From contig CAZJBC010000001.1 in the NCBI GenBank assembly GCA_964543805.1, forward strand, positions 9,537-42,430: a stretch of 32,894 nucleotides of DNA, in the 5' to 3' direction. Positions 32,674 to 32,894 of this stretch are shown here, piece by piece. Made by a program: the position numbers and the translations under genes. The notes beneath the pieces were generated by a model that was not told where the DNA came from, made no database searches, and saw only the letters and a program-made list of their open reading frames with translations. The number at the start of each line of letters is the position of its first letter. Within the stretch, counting starts at the first letter, position 1. The stretch is from an uncultured Brevundimonas sp. Its GTDB lineage: Bacteria; Pseudomonadota; Alphaproteobacteria; Caulobacterales; Caulobacteraceae.

Positions 32674-32894
32674 GGCCCTCCCCGCCTTCCTTGCCGTCGG
32701 CGCCCAGGGAATAGACGTCGAAGGGTCCCTTTCGTCCCGGCGCCGCATAGCGATAGGCGTTGCCCCAGGGATCGACCGGCAGGCGCTTGATGTAGCCGCC
32801 GGCGCGGTACTTTTCCGGATGGGCCAGGCCGGCGTGCGCGGTGGTCAGGGCGGCCAGACCCTGGCTTGCGGTCGGATAAACGTCATTGTCCAGG
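32648..32894 (-). CDS. gspG: type II secretion major pseudopilin G, C-terminal fragment (5' end outside window)
   Basis: This gene is not in the ORF track because no start lies in the window. My own minus-strand translation from 32893 reads LDNDVYPTASQGLAALTTAHAGLAHPEKYRAGGYIKRLPVDPWGNAYRYAAPGRKGPFDVYSLGADGKEGGEGHDADIGNW*. That is the classic GspG C-terminus (DPWGN.Y.Y..PG..G.FD..SLGADG..GG.G.DADI.NW), with TGA at 32648-32650. Confidence 0.9.
   Translation of the reverse strand, partial: LDNDVYPTASQGLAALTTAHAGLAHPEKYRAGGYIKRLPVDPWGNAYRYAAPGRKGPFDVYSLGADGKEGGEGHDADIGNW

Noticed and set aside
1-32894. Search for tRNA/rRNA genes, CRISPR arrays, IS elements, toxin-antitoxin pairs or known defence-system genes
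   Set aside because: No tRNA T-loop or acceptor patterns, no spaced direct-repeat arrays, no transposase/integrase/nuclease-helicase-type ORFs and no small paired ORFs with TA-like features were seen on either strand. A formal tRNAscan/CRISPR/defence-HMM scan would be needed to exclude them fully.

Overview
GC-rich chromosomal segment (about two-thirds G+C by eye, not computed). It looks alphaproteobacterial, probably Caulobacter/Brevundimonas-like: it has a perfect CtrA box, an alphaproteobacterial REP-like palindrome, and matching gene content. I call about 38 protein-coding genes. I saw no rRNA, tRNA, CRISPR, transposase, integrase or phage genes.

Layout:
- 0-10 kb is mostly housekeeping: waaA (partial)-lpxK, an ACAD10/11-type kinase-like phosphotransferase, purD, xseA, a DUF1134/EipA-like lipoprotein, lepA and a FadE2-like acyl-CoA dehydrogenase.
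- 10-20 kb holds many small signal-peptide proteins of unknown function, an epoxide-hydrolase-type hydrolase, an S9 peptidase, a transglutaminase-like protein and a DAACS symporter.
- 20.4-27.3 kb is the least explained part. It has a BlaI-family repressor coupled to an M56 (BlaR1-like) protease whose sensor domain is an unrecognised tandem repeat. It also has two diverged copies of a secreted Cys-pair protein. These bracket a minus-strand block: DUF2164, an AT-rich palindrome, a SIMPL-like protein, a TMEM175-type channel, and a 656-aa periplasmic protein (Cys-less redoxin-like domain, CxxCH, PHM/DBH-type copper ligand set, EF-hand pair).
- 27.3-32.9 kb is ygiD plus a translationally coupled type II secretion operon, gspG (partial) HIJKLMN.

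The best candidate for something undescribed is the 20.4-27.3 kb envelope/redox module. That call is a hypothesis built on motif recognition.

Other points worth a second look: a CtrA site between the DUF1134 gene and lepA, a bipartite TTGCA-N14-TTGCAA motif in three intergenic regions, and a split ACAD10/11-like kinase/dehydrogenase pair. All family calls come from reading the translations; no database search or computation was possible.
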